DNA of 64,000 nucleotides from a bacterium. Its GTDB lineage: Bacteria; Zhuqueibacterota; Zhuqueibacteria; Residuimicrobiales; Krinioviventaceae. The translations under genes and the position numbers were made by a program. The notes beneath the pieces were generated by a model, which made no database searches, was not told the DNA's origin, and worked only from the letters and a program-made list of their open reading frames with translations. Numbering within the stretch: position 1 is the first letter of the stretch; each line of letters starts with the position of its first letter. The stretch is taken from positions 64,001-128,000 of the forward strand of contig CAXXMD010000001.1 in assembly GCA_963675755.2 (NCBI GenBank), in the 5' to 3' direction. Of the stretch, positions 1 to 10,074 are shown one piece after another.

Positions 1-463
1 CTACCGGAGTGGACCAGGTTTCTCCATCATCGTCAGAATAACACAGATATACGCGACGGGTATCCAGAGATTCTTTGCGGATGATTTCCCCTTCATCATC
101 CTGACCCAGGTTCCATGTGAGAAATAGCCAAATTCTGCCTGTGCTTTGATCTATTACCGGACATGGATTGCCGCACGTATTATTCTGATCATTCCAGATG
201 ATCGATTCATTGCTCCAGCTGACACCATTGTCAAAGGAGCGTTTGACCAGCATATCAATATCACCGGAATCACCACCCTCGCGACCTTCACAGAATGCTA
301 AAACCGTACCCTGAGTTGTAACAATCAATGCCGGAATTCGGTAATTCTTGTAATTCCCTTTACCATTTTGCCAAAGAATACCGGAGGCTGTTTCGTTTGA
401 GGTACAACTGCTGAATAGCACACCTGATAGTATCATCAGTATCCATAATGATATACGTTTCAT
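1..463 (-). CDS. Sialidase (GH33) lipoprotein, 5' part (runs off window)
   Basis: Manual translation from ATG at 463: MKRISLWILMILSGVLFSSC (lipobox), YRIP motif, Asp-box SFDNGVSW; downstream of nanA. Confidence 0.88.
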   Translation of the reverse strand, partial: MKRISLWILMILSGVLFSSCTSNETASGILWQNGKGNYKNYRIPALIVTTQGTVLAFCEGREGGDSGDIDMLVKRSFDNGVSWSNESIIWNDQNNTCGNPCPVIDQSTGRIWLFLTWNLGQDDEGEIIRKESLDTRRVYLCYSDDDGETWSTPV

Positions 464-476
464 TGTAAGCTCCAAA

Positions 477-1391
477 TTAGTTTATCCAATCAAAGAAACC
501 TATTTTTTTCAACTCCATTTCAAAAGAGACCAATTCTCCCTGACCGAGTGTTCGGTTAGGAAGTCGGTTCGATCCGCAACTCATTCCAATAATTTTCATC
601 ATTCCTTTTCCGCCTATCAGCCCACCACCGTATTTAATCAGTATTTTAACAAATTCAACAGATCGGCGTTGGTATTCTCGTGCTGTTTCAATATCTCCAT
701 CTTGAAAAGCTTTAATGATCTGGTTATATACCGGTGCCATATAGTTGTATGTACTGCCCACAGCTCCCTGGGCGCCATAGGTTAATCCGGCAAGTAATAC
801 TTCATCATATCCGTGTAAAATGTCCCATTTCCCTTCATCCGCATACAGACATTGATACATTTCCATCAGATTATGATGTGTGAATTTGATTCCCGCAAGA
901 TTAGGGATAAACTCGGAGGCCTGATTCAAGAAATCGGGCATGTTTAACGCAACCCCAGAGATAGAAGGGATATGATAATAATAAAATGGCAATTCGGGTG
1001 CCGCCAGTGCAATAAGCGTACAAAAAGCAACAAGCTCATTGACACTTGAGGGTTGAAGAAAGGGAGGACCCATTGCAGCAATAGCCTGTGCGCCATTTTC
1101 TGCCGCATGTTCTGCCAGTTCGCGGGATTGGCTATAAGAAGTGCTGCCTACATGAACGATGATCTTGAAATTGTCTGTAGCATATTTGCACCATTCTTCT
1201 GTCAGGGCTTTTCTTTCTTCCAGGTTTAACAGCATACCTTCACCACTGGTACCTGCTATAAAAACACCGATAACATTATCATTTTGTAATTTTTTTGCAT
1301 ATTGTTCAATCATATCGAGTTTTATTTCATCATTTTGATTGAACGGTGTAAAAGGCGCTGCAATGAGCCCTTGAGTTTTGATGATTTTCAT
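477..1391 (-). CDS. nanA: N-acetylneuraminate lyase (DapA family)
   Basis: GTSGEG, FYYYHIP and GIKFT (Schiff-base Lys) motifs; nan gene context. Confidence 0.9.
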   Translation of the reverse strand: MKIIKTQGLIAAPFTPFNQNDEIKLDMIEQYAKKLQNDNVIGVFIAGTSGEGMLLNLEERKALTEEWCKYATDNFKIIVHVGSTSYSQSRELAEHAAENGAQAIAAMGPPFLQPSSVNELVAFCTLIALAAPELPFYYYHIPSISGVALNMPDFLNQASEFIPNLAGIKFTHHNLMEMYQCLYADEGKWDILHGYDEVLLAGLTYGAQGAVGSTYNYMAPVYNQIIKAFQDGDIETAREYQRRSVEFVKILIKYGGGLIGGKGMMKIIGMSCGSNRLPNRTLGQGELVSFEMELKKIGFFDWIN

Positions 1392-1413
1392 GGATTCTCC
1401 AAATAAACTGTGA

Positions 1414-4032
1414 TCAATTTTTGCGTTGTAAAAAACTAAACAACCAGCCAGTTATGAAACAGGTTAAAAATCCCGTTGTGGTATAGAGTAAAACATGCAC
1501 GGGTTTGTAAACGCCTACTAGATATTGTACAATAATACTTGCTGCAATTCCCAGAATTGCCCCGGTACCGTTTGCTTTTTTTGAAACAATTCCTAACAAA
1601 AATACACCACCCAGGCTGCCGAGTACAAGCCCCAGTACTTTGTTAAATTCATCCCAGAGGGACTTTATATCCCAGGTTGCCATGAATATTGCAAACAGAA
1701 TTCCCGCAATACCTACAATAAAAGATGCTGTTCTGGCAGCTTTGAGAAAGTGACTGTCACTGCCTTTGCCGAACCGTCTGTGTATATCATTGATATAGGC
1801 AGTCGCTGCCGAGTTAATACTGCTGGATAAACTGGACATGGATGCGGCAAAGATTCCCGCTATGAGCAATCCGCTTACTCCTGCCGGAAGGTTGTTCATA
1901 ATGTACCAGGGAAATATTGCATCCGCTTCTTTTAGCGTAAGACTGATTTGCTGTGGGTTTTGTCGATAGAAAACAAACAATGCCGTACCTATTGTAAAGA
2001 ATAATAATGTGGCGGGTATGACCATAATTGCATTTGTCCAGACGGTTTTTGATGCCGCTTTTGTCGAGTTTACCGTAAGGTAACGCTGTACCATTGTCTG
2101 GTCTGTACCATAAGTGGTTATGTTTGTAAAAATAGAAGCAATGATAACAGTCCAGAATCCGGGTTGTTTAAGATCAAATACCATGTTCAGAATGTTGAAT
2201 TTCTGATAATCAATCCCGGTTTCTACAATGCCTGTTAGCCCGTGGGGTACATGTACAATAATTAAAATTAGAGAAAGCAAAGCGCCTCCCAGCAGGACAA
2301 TGACCTGTAAAACATCCGTCCAGATTACAGCTTCAATACCCCCAATTGCTGTATAAATCAGGCTGAAAATCCCCATAAGCAGGATACAGGTAAAAATATC
2401 AATACCGGTCACAACATTGAGCGCTATGGAAGGGAGGAACAATACAATACCCATACGCCCAATCTGGAATATGATAAATGTCAGACTACCAATCAATCTG
2501 GTAAGCAGATTGAAACGGACTTCGAGATACTCGTAAGCTGTGGTGATATTTAATTTACGGTAATAGGGGACGAACAGAATTACAATGACCGGGGCAATCA
2601 TGAAAATACCCATATTAAGCATAAAATAAGACCAGTCTGTTGTAAATGTTTTTGCAGGGATGGCCATAAATGTAATTGCGCTGAGTGCTGTACCAAATAA
2701 CGATAATCCCGCGGCCCACCAGGGAATACGTCCGCCGCCTTTGAAAAAATCGTTGGTGCTTTTTTGTCGTTTGCTGAAATACCATCCCATTACCGCAAGT
2801 ATGCTAAAATAGATAACCAATACCATGGAATTGATCCAACCGAATTTTTCCGTACCTTCAGGAATGGATATTAAAGAGATTTTAGGCGTTCTTACTCCGG
2901 GGTGAATTTCACCGGAAGGGAGTATAAATTTATCTTTCCAGGGCACGAGTGAAGTCGTGACCTGGGTGGGGACTTGCAGCGTGTCAAACGTGTATAATTT
3001 GGATGTGATGGTATTGTAAACCCGAATTTCTCTGTTGAATCCTTTATGGTTTACCAGATGCTGTTGCAATTGATATTCAAGTTCTTTATAGGCTTTTGAA
3101 CCGGGTCTTTCATTCGCCAATGATTGCTTTATTTTTTGTTCCTTTAACAGGCCTGATCCATCAGCGGCACCGGGAAAGACAATGTTGTTTGCGCCAATGG
3201 CAAAACCTGTTCCTGCCATTACAGGGAATTGCGTTTCTCCGTTGGGGGCAAGATTCTTCCAGGTATTGAAAACCGGATCATAGGCATACCCATCAGTAAG
3301 AACATCAATACCTGCTTTTGTTTCGTTTCGACCGCTGAATAAATATATATTATTGTTCACTCCATTACTTTGTACAACTGCAACGGGGAGTTTGCGTGGC
3401 GGTCCCGGCCAGGGATCCAGGGTTTGCCATTGAAAATCGGTACTATTCATTTTAGACAGATCAAGGCTGTAAAAATGGCGGGTTTGGTCTCCGTTTAATG
3501 TACTTTTTCCTCCAAGTACATATACTGTTTGGTCGATTTGTACTGCTGCATGATTGCAAAGGGGGACAGGTAGATCCGGTAAATCAGTAATTTTAATGGA
3601 TTCCGATTCAGGATCCCACTTCATGATAAATACATTTGCACATATTGAGTTTTGATCATTACCGCCAATGCATAAAACTCCCTGATTGAGAGTGAGGGAT
3701 GCTCCATAAGCCACAGGCAAAGGTAGCGCAAAAGTCTTTGGGTGCCAGTGCGGATTGTTTTCATCTTCAAGATGCAATACATAGATATCGTTATGATAAA
3801 TCTTTGTTCCGCCTTCCCAGGGCAACTTTTTCGGGAAATTTGCCCCTCCGGCAATGAGCAGGGCATTGTTGCTGATTCCTGCAAAGGCACCGGCTACCCC
3901 AGGTTGTGTACCCATATTCTGAAGTGGCGGGATCTCTGGTAGTTGATCAAGCTGGATTTGATTCGCCGCAAAAACTGAAATGTTGATTATAGTTATAAAA
4001 ACGAGTAAAAATCGAAGCGTTTTAATTATCAT
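1414..4032 (-). CDS. Fusion of Kelch-repeat sialic acid mutarotase (NanM-like) and sodium:solute symporter (SiaT-like)
   Basis: Signal peptide; Kelch repeats (AGGANFP, CIGG, VLGG, SGEIHPGVRTP); C-terminal SSS domain (FFKGGGRIPWWAAGLS, DQTMVQRYL); start moved to ATG 4032. Confidence 0.88.
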   Translation of the reverse strand: MIIKTLRFLLVFITIINISVFAANQIQLDQLPEIPPLQNMGTQPGVAGAFAGISNNALLIAGGANFPKKLPWEGGTKIYHNDIYVLHLEDENNPHWHPKTFALPLPVAYGASLTLNQGVLCIGGNDQNSICANVFIMKWDPESESIKITDLPDLPVPLCNHAAVQIDQTVYVLGGKSTLNGDQTRHFYSLDLSKMNSTDFQWQTLDPWPGPPRKLPVAVVQSNGVNNNIYLFSGRNETKAGIDVLTDGYAYDPVFNTWKNLAPNGETQFPVMAGTGFAIGANNIVFPGAADGSGLLKEQKIKQSLANERPGSKAYKELEYQLQQHLVNHKGFNREIRVYNTITSKLYTFDTLQVPTQVTTSLVPWKDKFILPSGEIHPGVRTPKISLISIPEGTEKFGWINSMVLVIYFSILAVMGWYFSKRQKSTNDFFKGGGRIPWWAAGLSLFGTALSAITFMAIPAKTFTTDWSYFMLNMGIFMIAPVIVILFVPYYRKLNITTAYEYLEVRFNLLTRLIGSLTFIIFQIGRMGIVLFLPSIALNVVTGIDIFTCILLMGIFSLIYTAIGGIEAVIWTDVLQVIVLLGGALLSLILIIVHVPHGLTGIVETGIDYQKFNILNMVFDLKQPGFWTVIIASIFTNITTYGTDQTMVQRYLTVNSTKAASKTVWTNAIMVIPATLLFFTIGTALFVFYRQNPQQISLTLKEADAIFPWYIMNNLPAGVSGLLIAGIFAASMSSLSSSINSAATAYINDIHRRFGKGSDSHFLKAARTASFIVGIAGILFAIFMATWDIKSLWDEFNKVLGLVLGSLGGVFLLGIVSKKANGTGAILGIAASIIVQYLVGVYKPVHVLLYTTTGFLTCFITGWLFSFLQRKN

Positions 4033-4732
4033 TTTCGTTTTCCTGTTGAATGAATTCCCAATACGGTGCAAGATGTGCTTTTATTGCATGACGATAAGAA
4101 TCAGCGTCTGATTTTTTCAAACAAGCAAAAATATCCCGATGGGTCACAATGCTTTTATTTTTTTCGAGGGTTTCATTTATAGGTCGCAAATATCGTTCAT
4201 AATTGGTTTTAACAAATGCAAAGACAGGATACATGATACTTTGCAGTTGGTTTATAAAGTCGTTTCCGGCGATTTGATGGATGCGCTGATGAAATTCCTG
4301 TTCGCTTTCAATGCTTGTGTAATTGAGGCCAAGGAGTTTTTCACGTTCCAGAATGTGTTCCAGATCGGTTATATCATTCTCATGTAACCGGGCAAAGATC
4401 AAGTCGGTCATACCAATCTCGAGAGCAATACGCATACCCATTAGATTTTTTATAGTCTTTTCGCTGAGCAGTCTTGGTGCAAGTGTGCGTTGAAAACCAA
4501 TAAGCGGTTTGGGTTCAGTAATTATAATACCCCGTTTGGTACGGGATTGTAAAATACCCAACATCCGCAATCTGCTCATTGCCTCCCTGACCACATTTCT
4601 ACTCACGCCAAACATTTCTGTAAAGCGGGCTTCATTTGGCAGCATGTCACCGGGGACAAGGTCTTCTTGCCTGATATATTCAAGGATTTTTTCTTCTATT
4701 TGATCGGCCAGTGGCCTTGAATCTATTTCCAT
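4022..4732 (-). CDS. GntR/FadR-family regulator of nan operon
   Basis: GntR HTH (PGDMLPNE...FGVSRNVVREAM) plus FCD domain. Confidence 0.9.
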   Translation of the reverse strand: MEIDSRPLADQIEEKILEYIRQEDLVPGDMLPNEARFTEMFGVSRNVVREAMSRLRMLGILQSRTKRGIIITEPKPLIGFQRTLAPRLLSEKTIKNLMGMRIALEIGMTDLIFARLHENDITDLEHILEREKLLGLNYTSIESEQEFHQRIHQIAGNDFINQLQSIMYPVFAFVKTNYERYLRPINETLEKNKSIVTHRDIFACLKKSDADSYRHAIKAHLAPYWEFIQQENENDN

Positions 4733-4747
4733 GATACAACTCGTTTG

Positions 4748-4771
4748 ATTTGTCCTATTTGTAGGACAAAT
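4748..4771. promoter_or_regulatory. Palindromic GntR-type operator ATTTGTCCTA-N4-TAGGACAAAT
   Basis: Perfect 10-bp inverted repeat 15 bp upstream of the GntR start codon. Confidence 0.7.
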
Positions 4772-4893
4772 TAAATATTCATACTTAAATTATCAAGGAA
4801 TACTTTTTTTATTTTCTTGTGATTTTGTTATGATTTGGATATTTTAAACTGTTAGCATTCAGTCTAGTTATCTGGTAAATATATGGAGTCAAG

Positions 4894-6318
4894 ATGAGTC
4901 AGCATCCTGTAAATCGAAGATCTTTTTTGAAGTCGGCAGGCTTTATGGGGGGAGCTCTGACATTACCTTTTGTTTTTAGTAAATGCGCGAAAAGACAGAA
5001 ACATAATGTATTATTTATTTCCATAGATGATTTGAACGACTGGGTAGGTTGTATGGGAGGGCATCCTGATGTGAAAACACCAAATCTGGATCGGTTAGCC
5101 AAACGCGGTGTTTTATTCAACAAAGCGTATTGTGCTGCTCCCGCTTGTAATCCATCCCGGGCAGCCCTGATGACAGGAATACGGCCCTCAACCTCGGGTG
5201 TATATATAAACTCGCAACCCTGGCGGACAAGCGAAGTGCTGAAAAATGCGGTGACTATACCTCAGCACTTTATGGCACATGGATATACTGCCAAAGCAAG
5301 CGGCAAGATTTATCATGGAAATTATCCGGACCCGCAATCCTGGCAGGAATACTGGCCGTCCCAGCAACAAAATAAACCTGACGATCCACTGCCACCAGCT
5401 GACACTTTGCCCATTAACGGTATACCTAATACCCGGCATTTTGACTGGGGTCCATTAGAAAATGCCAGTGATGAAATGGGAGACTGGAAGGTAACAGATT
5501 GGGTGATTGATCAATTACAGCAAAAACATGAAAAACCTTTTTTCCTGGGTTGTGGAATATTTAAACCACATTTGCCCTGGTTTGTGCCCAAGAAATTTTT
5601 CCACATGTATCCGCTGGAATCAATTACTTTACCGGAGGTGAATGAAAACGATTTTGATGATATACCCCAGGCTGGCGATGATATTGCGAGACACCATGAC
5701 CATGATAATGTGTTAAAATATCATCAATGGAAGAAAGCTGTACAAGGATATTTGGCAAGTATCAGTTTTGCGGATGAATGTTTGGGCCGTGTTCTGGATG
5801 CTCTGGATAACAGTGCCTATAGGGATAATACCATCATTGTTTTATGGTCTGATCATGGATGGCATTTGGGTGAAAAACTACACTGGAGGAAATTTGCATT
5901 ATGGGAAGAAGCTACTCATAATGTAATGATGTGGGTTGTACCGGGTATGACTTCACCGGGCTTGCAATGTGATTCACCAGTGAACCTGTTGGATATTTAT
6001 CCTACATTAATTGAGCTTTGTGATTTGGGACCCAAACCCGAGCTTGAAGGAACGAGTTTGCTGCCATTACTTGAAAATCCCAGTTCTTTGTGGGAAAGGC
6101 CATCTTTGACGACACATGGCAAGAATAATCACAGTCTTCGCAGCAATCGTTGGCGGTATATACAATATGCAGATGGAAGTGAAGAGTTGTATGACCATGA
6201 TAATGATGGGTTAGAATGGACCAATCTGGCAATGGATGAAAAGTATGGTTCCGTAAAACAAGAGCTGAAACAATGGCTGCCCAAAACCAATGTTGAGCCT
6301 ATTGCGAGTGATCGTTAA
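4894..6318 (+). CDS. Formylglycine-dependent sulfatase (S1, iduronate/choline sulfatase-like), Tat-exported
   Basis: NRRSFLK Tat motif; CNPSR signature; SDHGWHLGEK. Confidence 0.92.
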   Translation: MSQHPVNRRSFLKSAGFMGGALTLPFVFSKCAKRQKHNVLFISIDDLNDWVGCMGGHPDVKTPNLDRLAKRGVLFNKAYCAAPACNPSRAALMTGIRPSTSGVYINSQPWRTSEVLKNAVTIPQHFMAHGYTAKASGKIYHGNYPDPQSWQEYWPSQQQNKPDDPLPPADTLPINGIPNTRHFDWGPLENASDEMGDWKVTDWVIDQLQQKHEKPFFLGCGIFKPHLPWFVPKKFFHMYPLESITLPEVNENDFDDIPQAGDDIARHHDHDNVLKYHQWKKAVQGYLASISFADECLGRVLDALDNSAYRDNTIIVLWSDHGWHLGEKLHWRKFALWEEATHNVMMWVVPGMTSPGLQCDSPVNLLDIYPTLIELCDLGPKPELEGTSLLPLLENPSSLWERPSLTTHGKNNHSLRSNRWRYIQYADGSEELYDHDNDGLEWTNLAMDEKYGSVKQELKQWLPKTNVEPIASDR

Positions 6319-6340
6319 TTTGATTGTTCAGAGGTGCTGA

Positions 6341-6976
6341 TTGAAAAATTCTCTTTTTATTATAGGATTCTACCTGCTGTCAGGTTTTTCCTGTATACTG
6401 GGACAAGTTGAGGAACAATCCGATTCAGTTAAAATGCAGATTTTTATCTCATTTCTGCAAGAGCATTTTGATGATATTCATGACGTGACCATGTATTATC
6501 ATCATCAAAATGCGGATTTGAATGGATTAATCGTTCTGAATATGGACTGGCAGGACGGCAGACTGGTTGAAGCAGTGGCTGTTGAAAATAAAGCCGGAAA
6601 TGATCAGCTTGTAAACGATTTAATCACGGTGTTGAAAACATGGGAAATTGATAATTTAGGTCCGTTACAAACGCAACTTCCTCTAAGAGTAAAGATTGTA
6701 GGCAAGGATGATCCTGAATTCCTGCATACAGGGATTATAACCGGAGAAATTATCGATGCCGCGGGCAGTCCGTTAAGCGGAGCGAAAATTTCTTTCAAGG
6801 GTGAGGCATCTGTACCTGATGCCCGGACCAATCGAAAAGGTATATTTGTAAGAACATTGATTCCACCGGGGAAATATGATGTATATTTAACGGTTCAGGA
6901 TAGCGAATCAGTAATGATTAAATCGGTAGACCTGAGTGCTGGTAAACATGAACGAATAAATTATATTTTACAATAA
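6341..6976 (+). CDS. Exported protein: TonB-C/AgmX-like domain plus carboxypeptidase-regulatory-like domain
   Basis: TTG start with GAGG RBS; signal peptide; C-terminal GIITGEIIDAAGSPLSGAKI...IPPGKYDV. Confidence 0.6.
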   Translation: MKNSLFIIGFYLLSGFSCILGQVEEQSDSVKMQIFISFLQEHFDDIHDVTMYYHHQNADLNGLIVLNMDWQDGRLVEAVAVENKAGNDQLVNDLITVLKTWEIDNLGPLQTQLPLRVKIVGKDDPEFLHTGIITGEIIDAAGSPLSGAKISFKGEASVPDARTNRKGIFVRTLIPPGKYDVYLTVQDSESVMIKSVDLSAGKHERINYILQ

Positions 6977-6983
6977 TTCTTTT

Positions 6984-7021
6984 AAATAAAAAAAAGGGGC
7001 AAAAGCCCCTTTTTTTTATTT
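6984..7021. terminator. Bidirectional intrinsic terminator
   Basis: A8-GGGGC AAAA GCCCC-T8 between convergent genes. Confidence 0.85.
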
Positions 7022-9955
7022 ATTAATGTTGTTGGCAATTACAGAGCGTGCATAATAGAATATAAAAGGATTTTGTTCAAAACAAGATAGATTATGTGCC
7101 AACATATTTTCTATAGTGTTTTTAACAGGTACTGCATCTTTGTTGGATTCTTTGAGCATGTACAAATATTCTGCGTCTTCTAAACCATCACGAAGATTTT
7201 CAAAACGAATTGATGTTACAGGTGGTGCAATCAGAGCTTGTTGTGGTTTATCTCGTTGTGGTGGATAGATCAGACGTCCGTCACCATTACCCCACATACC
7301 GCCATCTTGATTTACAGACATGGCCTGTTCCCATGGATTTTGGCGCCAATATGTAATTCGCCAGTATAAGCATCCATCTGCCTGGTACTTGTCTACCATC
7401 CATGAACGAATACGATGATTGATGGCGGGATGATCAATAAAGTTATTAGGATACGGTGCTTTGGGTCCTGTACATACATACCACCAAACTTTTTCACCCA
7501 ATGTTTGACGTTCAAGGCTGCGTTCGGGATTGAAATGGTTAAAGATCGGGACCCATAAATTTATTGAATCATAAAAATATGGAGCCGGGGCATCTTCATG
7601 GTTAAATGTCAACAGTCTGTGCATATCGGGACATGCTTCTTTTAGTAACTGAAATCCCGGCAAAATATCCGAATAAGATGCTATTGGTGGTTCATCCACC
7701 CAGTACCAGTATACTTTATCAAGCCAGCCTTTTGCTCTTAGGTGCTCCTGGATTTGGCCATAAATCATTTTAAACTGACGATTGTATTCCGGAGAATAAC
7801 GCGGGTTGCCATTCAACTCTGCCGGCAGCCCACCAAATCTGAACGAATTGAAATGAAACTCGTCCAGATAGCGTTCCATTGCAATGTCAAAGTTTGTATA
7901 GTCCATTTCTACCTGGCTGAAATCGCTGGAAAATTTCCAGGTTATGGGAGAGTAGCGATGCGGGCTGTAAGGAGAAATTCGCCGTTTTGCGCAGAATTGC
8001 ATATACAAATCATAGGTTTGCTTTTCTTGTTCTTTTGTCAAGTTACCGTGATAATCTTTATTTATGTGTATTCCATAGGCAGTTTCAGTATGTGTTTCCT
8101 TAGAAAGTGTGAAATCATAAACCTGAACCGTTAACGGAATTTGGGCTATCTTTTTGTTTCGGCTCATAATTTGAATATTTCCAATATAAATGCCTGCCTG
8201 TTGATCAGGATTAGCATAGACAGTTATCCAGAATGGCTGGTTTTGATTTGCATTTAATGTGACAAGAGTGTTCAAGTCGGGCAAAGCATCCGGCCACCAG
8301 CCCCGGCTTCCAAATACATCAGAAGTATCTTGAATTTCTACATATTCAACAAATTGAATGCTAATATTTTCGTTGTTGATTGCAGCGCCATTACTGGTAT
8401 GCAAATCAGAAACGTTGATACTAACATCTGGCAAGATTTTATCAGGATTTATTACAATCTGAAAAGGCTCATATTCATGTTTTGCCAAAGACAAGTTGAT
8501 CCCTTGTAATTCAAAACCGGGAACGGGTTCTACTCGAGATACTTTTTCGATTGAGGGACAATACCAAATATTGGCATTATTTTGTGTTAAAAGTTTGGAT
8601 TTAAGTGTGTATAGACGATCCAACACAGCATATGGATTATTATTAATCAGCTTTTCATCAATTCCTTCAAGTCGTTTAGCTAGGTTCTTTTTTAACCAAC
8701 TCTCGCAATCTTTTTTACGTGATATTTCAAGAGTGTGCTGGTAAAGTGTTTTAGCAGCTTCAATGGGAAGGTCTATTTCGAATTGTTTATTAGCAGGTAT
8801 TTTAAAGCCTTTTCCGTTATTATCTAACAGGTATAGCCTGCGACCCAGATCTGGTGCCTCCAACAATACGTTCAAATAGAAAGTAGAGACATCGGGACGA
8901 AGTAATGTAAATGTTCCATCCCCATTGTCTTTGACACCATTCTCTAATTTAATGAAATTCGAGTCCAGCATTTCAACCAGAGGTTTATAGGTGACTGGGG
9001 TGCCATTGGGGCCATATAGTTTCAATTTTAATTTACTTTCACCCTTGAAAATAAAAATAGGTTCTATCTCTTTTACCTTTTGATTTATTGTAACCTCGCT
9101 TTTGATCCAATAAGGTCCATCGGGTTGATCTTTCCAGGAGAGTGTAACAGGTTTTCCCAAAATGCTGTTTCTTTCAGCGAGAACTGTTCCTTTGCCATTA
9201 ATTAATAATGTTTTATAAACGGGCTTTTTTTCAAGAAGCATTAACCGTGATGTTCTACCAATATTGAGCGTTAACTCTTTATCAGACCATTTTTTTTCAA
9301 TAAGAAAATCAGGATTTGTGTTTTGGGCCAGTTCTTTAATTTTTTCTTCAGGATCAACAACCCGGGCGTAAAATCCCCAACTGCCTCTGCCCTGATCTAT
9401 TTTCAATAAAAGCAGGTTTTTCCCTTTTTTTACATTGGTCCAGACCCAGTCGTTATCTTTTGTTGCCCCGCGTGAACGGTGGTTATCCCAAATCATTTCA
9501 CCATTTAGCCATGCTCTTATTCCATCATTACTACCCAAACCCAGCATAATTTGTTGATCTTTATTTGATTCAAGATAACAGGCGGCATATCCCACTGCGG
9601 GGACTGTGGTGTTGAATATTTTTTTGAGGTCAATATAATCATTATCTTCATTGACAAGGTGCCATTGTCGTATCTGGTTGTCAGGTCCAGTGATTTTTAG
9701 TCCTGGTTCAGGAATTATTCCAGTTTCTCCGCCAGCGGATTTCAAATAGTCAATATAAAAGCCAAGAGTTGTTTCATCATGCAGATATTCTGTAACACCT
9801 TCTTTTAACGGATTGGGGAATGGACCACAAACAATCCATTCTTGAATAAAATCTTTACTGTTGACATTCATTACCGGAATATTATTGCTAAGCGCAGAGT
9901 TGACGAATCCGGCTAGTATAAAAAAATAGATAAATAATTCTGCTTTCTTCCGCAT
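7016..9955 (-). CDS. Secreted DUF4091/GH123-like glycoside hydrolase with N-terminal PA14-like beta-sandwich
   Basis: LAKHEYEPFQI, WWPDALP, WVDEPP, WWYVC, GDGRLIYP, SIRFENLRDGLEDAEYL; start ATG 9955 with GGAG RBS. Confidence 0.8.
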   Translation of the reverse strand: MRKKAELFIYFFILAGFVNSALSNNIPVMNVNSKDFIQEWIVCGPFPNPLKEGVTEYLHDETTLGFYIDYLKSAGGETGIIPEPGLKITGPDNQIRQWHLVNEDNDYIDLKKIFNTTVPAVGYAACYLESNKDQQIMLGLGSNDGIRAWLNGEMIWDNHRSRGATKDNDWVWTNVKKGKNLLLLKIDQGRGSWGFYARVVDPEEKIKELAQNTNPDFLIEKKWSDKELTLNIGRTSRLMLLEKKPVYKTLLINGKGTVLAERNSILGKPVTLSWKDQPDGPYWIKSEVTINQKVKEIEPIFIFKGESKLKLKLYGPNGTPVTYKPLVEMLDSNFIKLENGVKDNGDGTFTLLRPDVSTFYLNVLLEAPDLGRRLYLLDNNGKGFKIPANKQFEIDLPIEAAKTLYQHTLEISRKKDCESWLKKNLAKRLEGIDEKLINNNPYAVLDRLYTLKSKLLTQNNANIWYCPSIEKVSRVEPVPGFELQGINLSLAKHEYEPFQIVINPDKILPDVSINVSDLHTSNGAAINNENISIQFVEYVEIQDTSDVFGSRGWWPDALPDLNTLVTLNANQNQPFWITVYANPDQQAGIYIGNIQIMSRNKKIAQIPLTVQVYDFTLSKETHTETAYGIHINKDYHGNLTKEQEKQTYDLYMQFCAKRRISPYSPHRYSPITWKFSSDFSQVEMDYTNFDIAMERYLDEFHFNSFRFGGLPAELNGNPRYSPEYNRQFKMIYGQIQEHLRAKGWLDKVYWYWVDEPPIASYSDILPGFQLLKEACPDMHRLLTFNHEDAPAPYFYDSINLWVPIFNHFNPERSLERQTLGEKVWWYVCTGPKAPYPNNFIDHPAINHRIRSWMVDKYQADGCLYWRITYWRQNPWEQAMSVNQDGGMWGNGDGRLIYPPQRDKPQQALIAPPVTSIRFENLRDGLEDAEYLYMLKESNKDAVPVKNTIENMLAHNLSCFEQNPFIFYYARSVIANNINK

Positions 9956-10074
9956 ATGAGAGGCTCCTTGAAAATGTTTGTAAAAGGGGTTTGTAAATAA
10001 ATTGATCAGGTTTTTTATTATGCCTGTAAAGATGTGAGAACGAGCGTTTTTACCCGTTCTCACTTTTGATGGAT

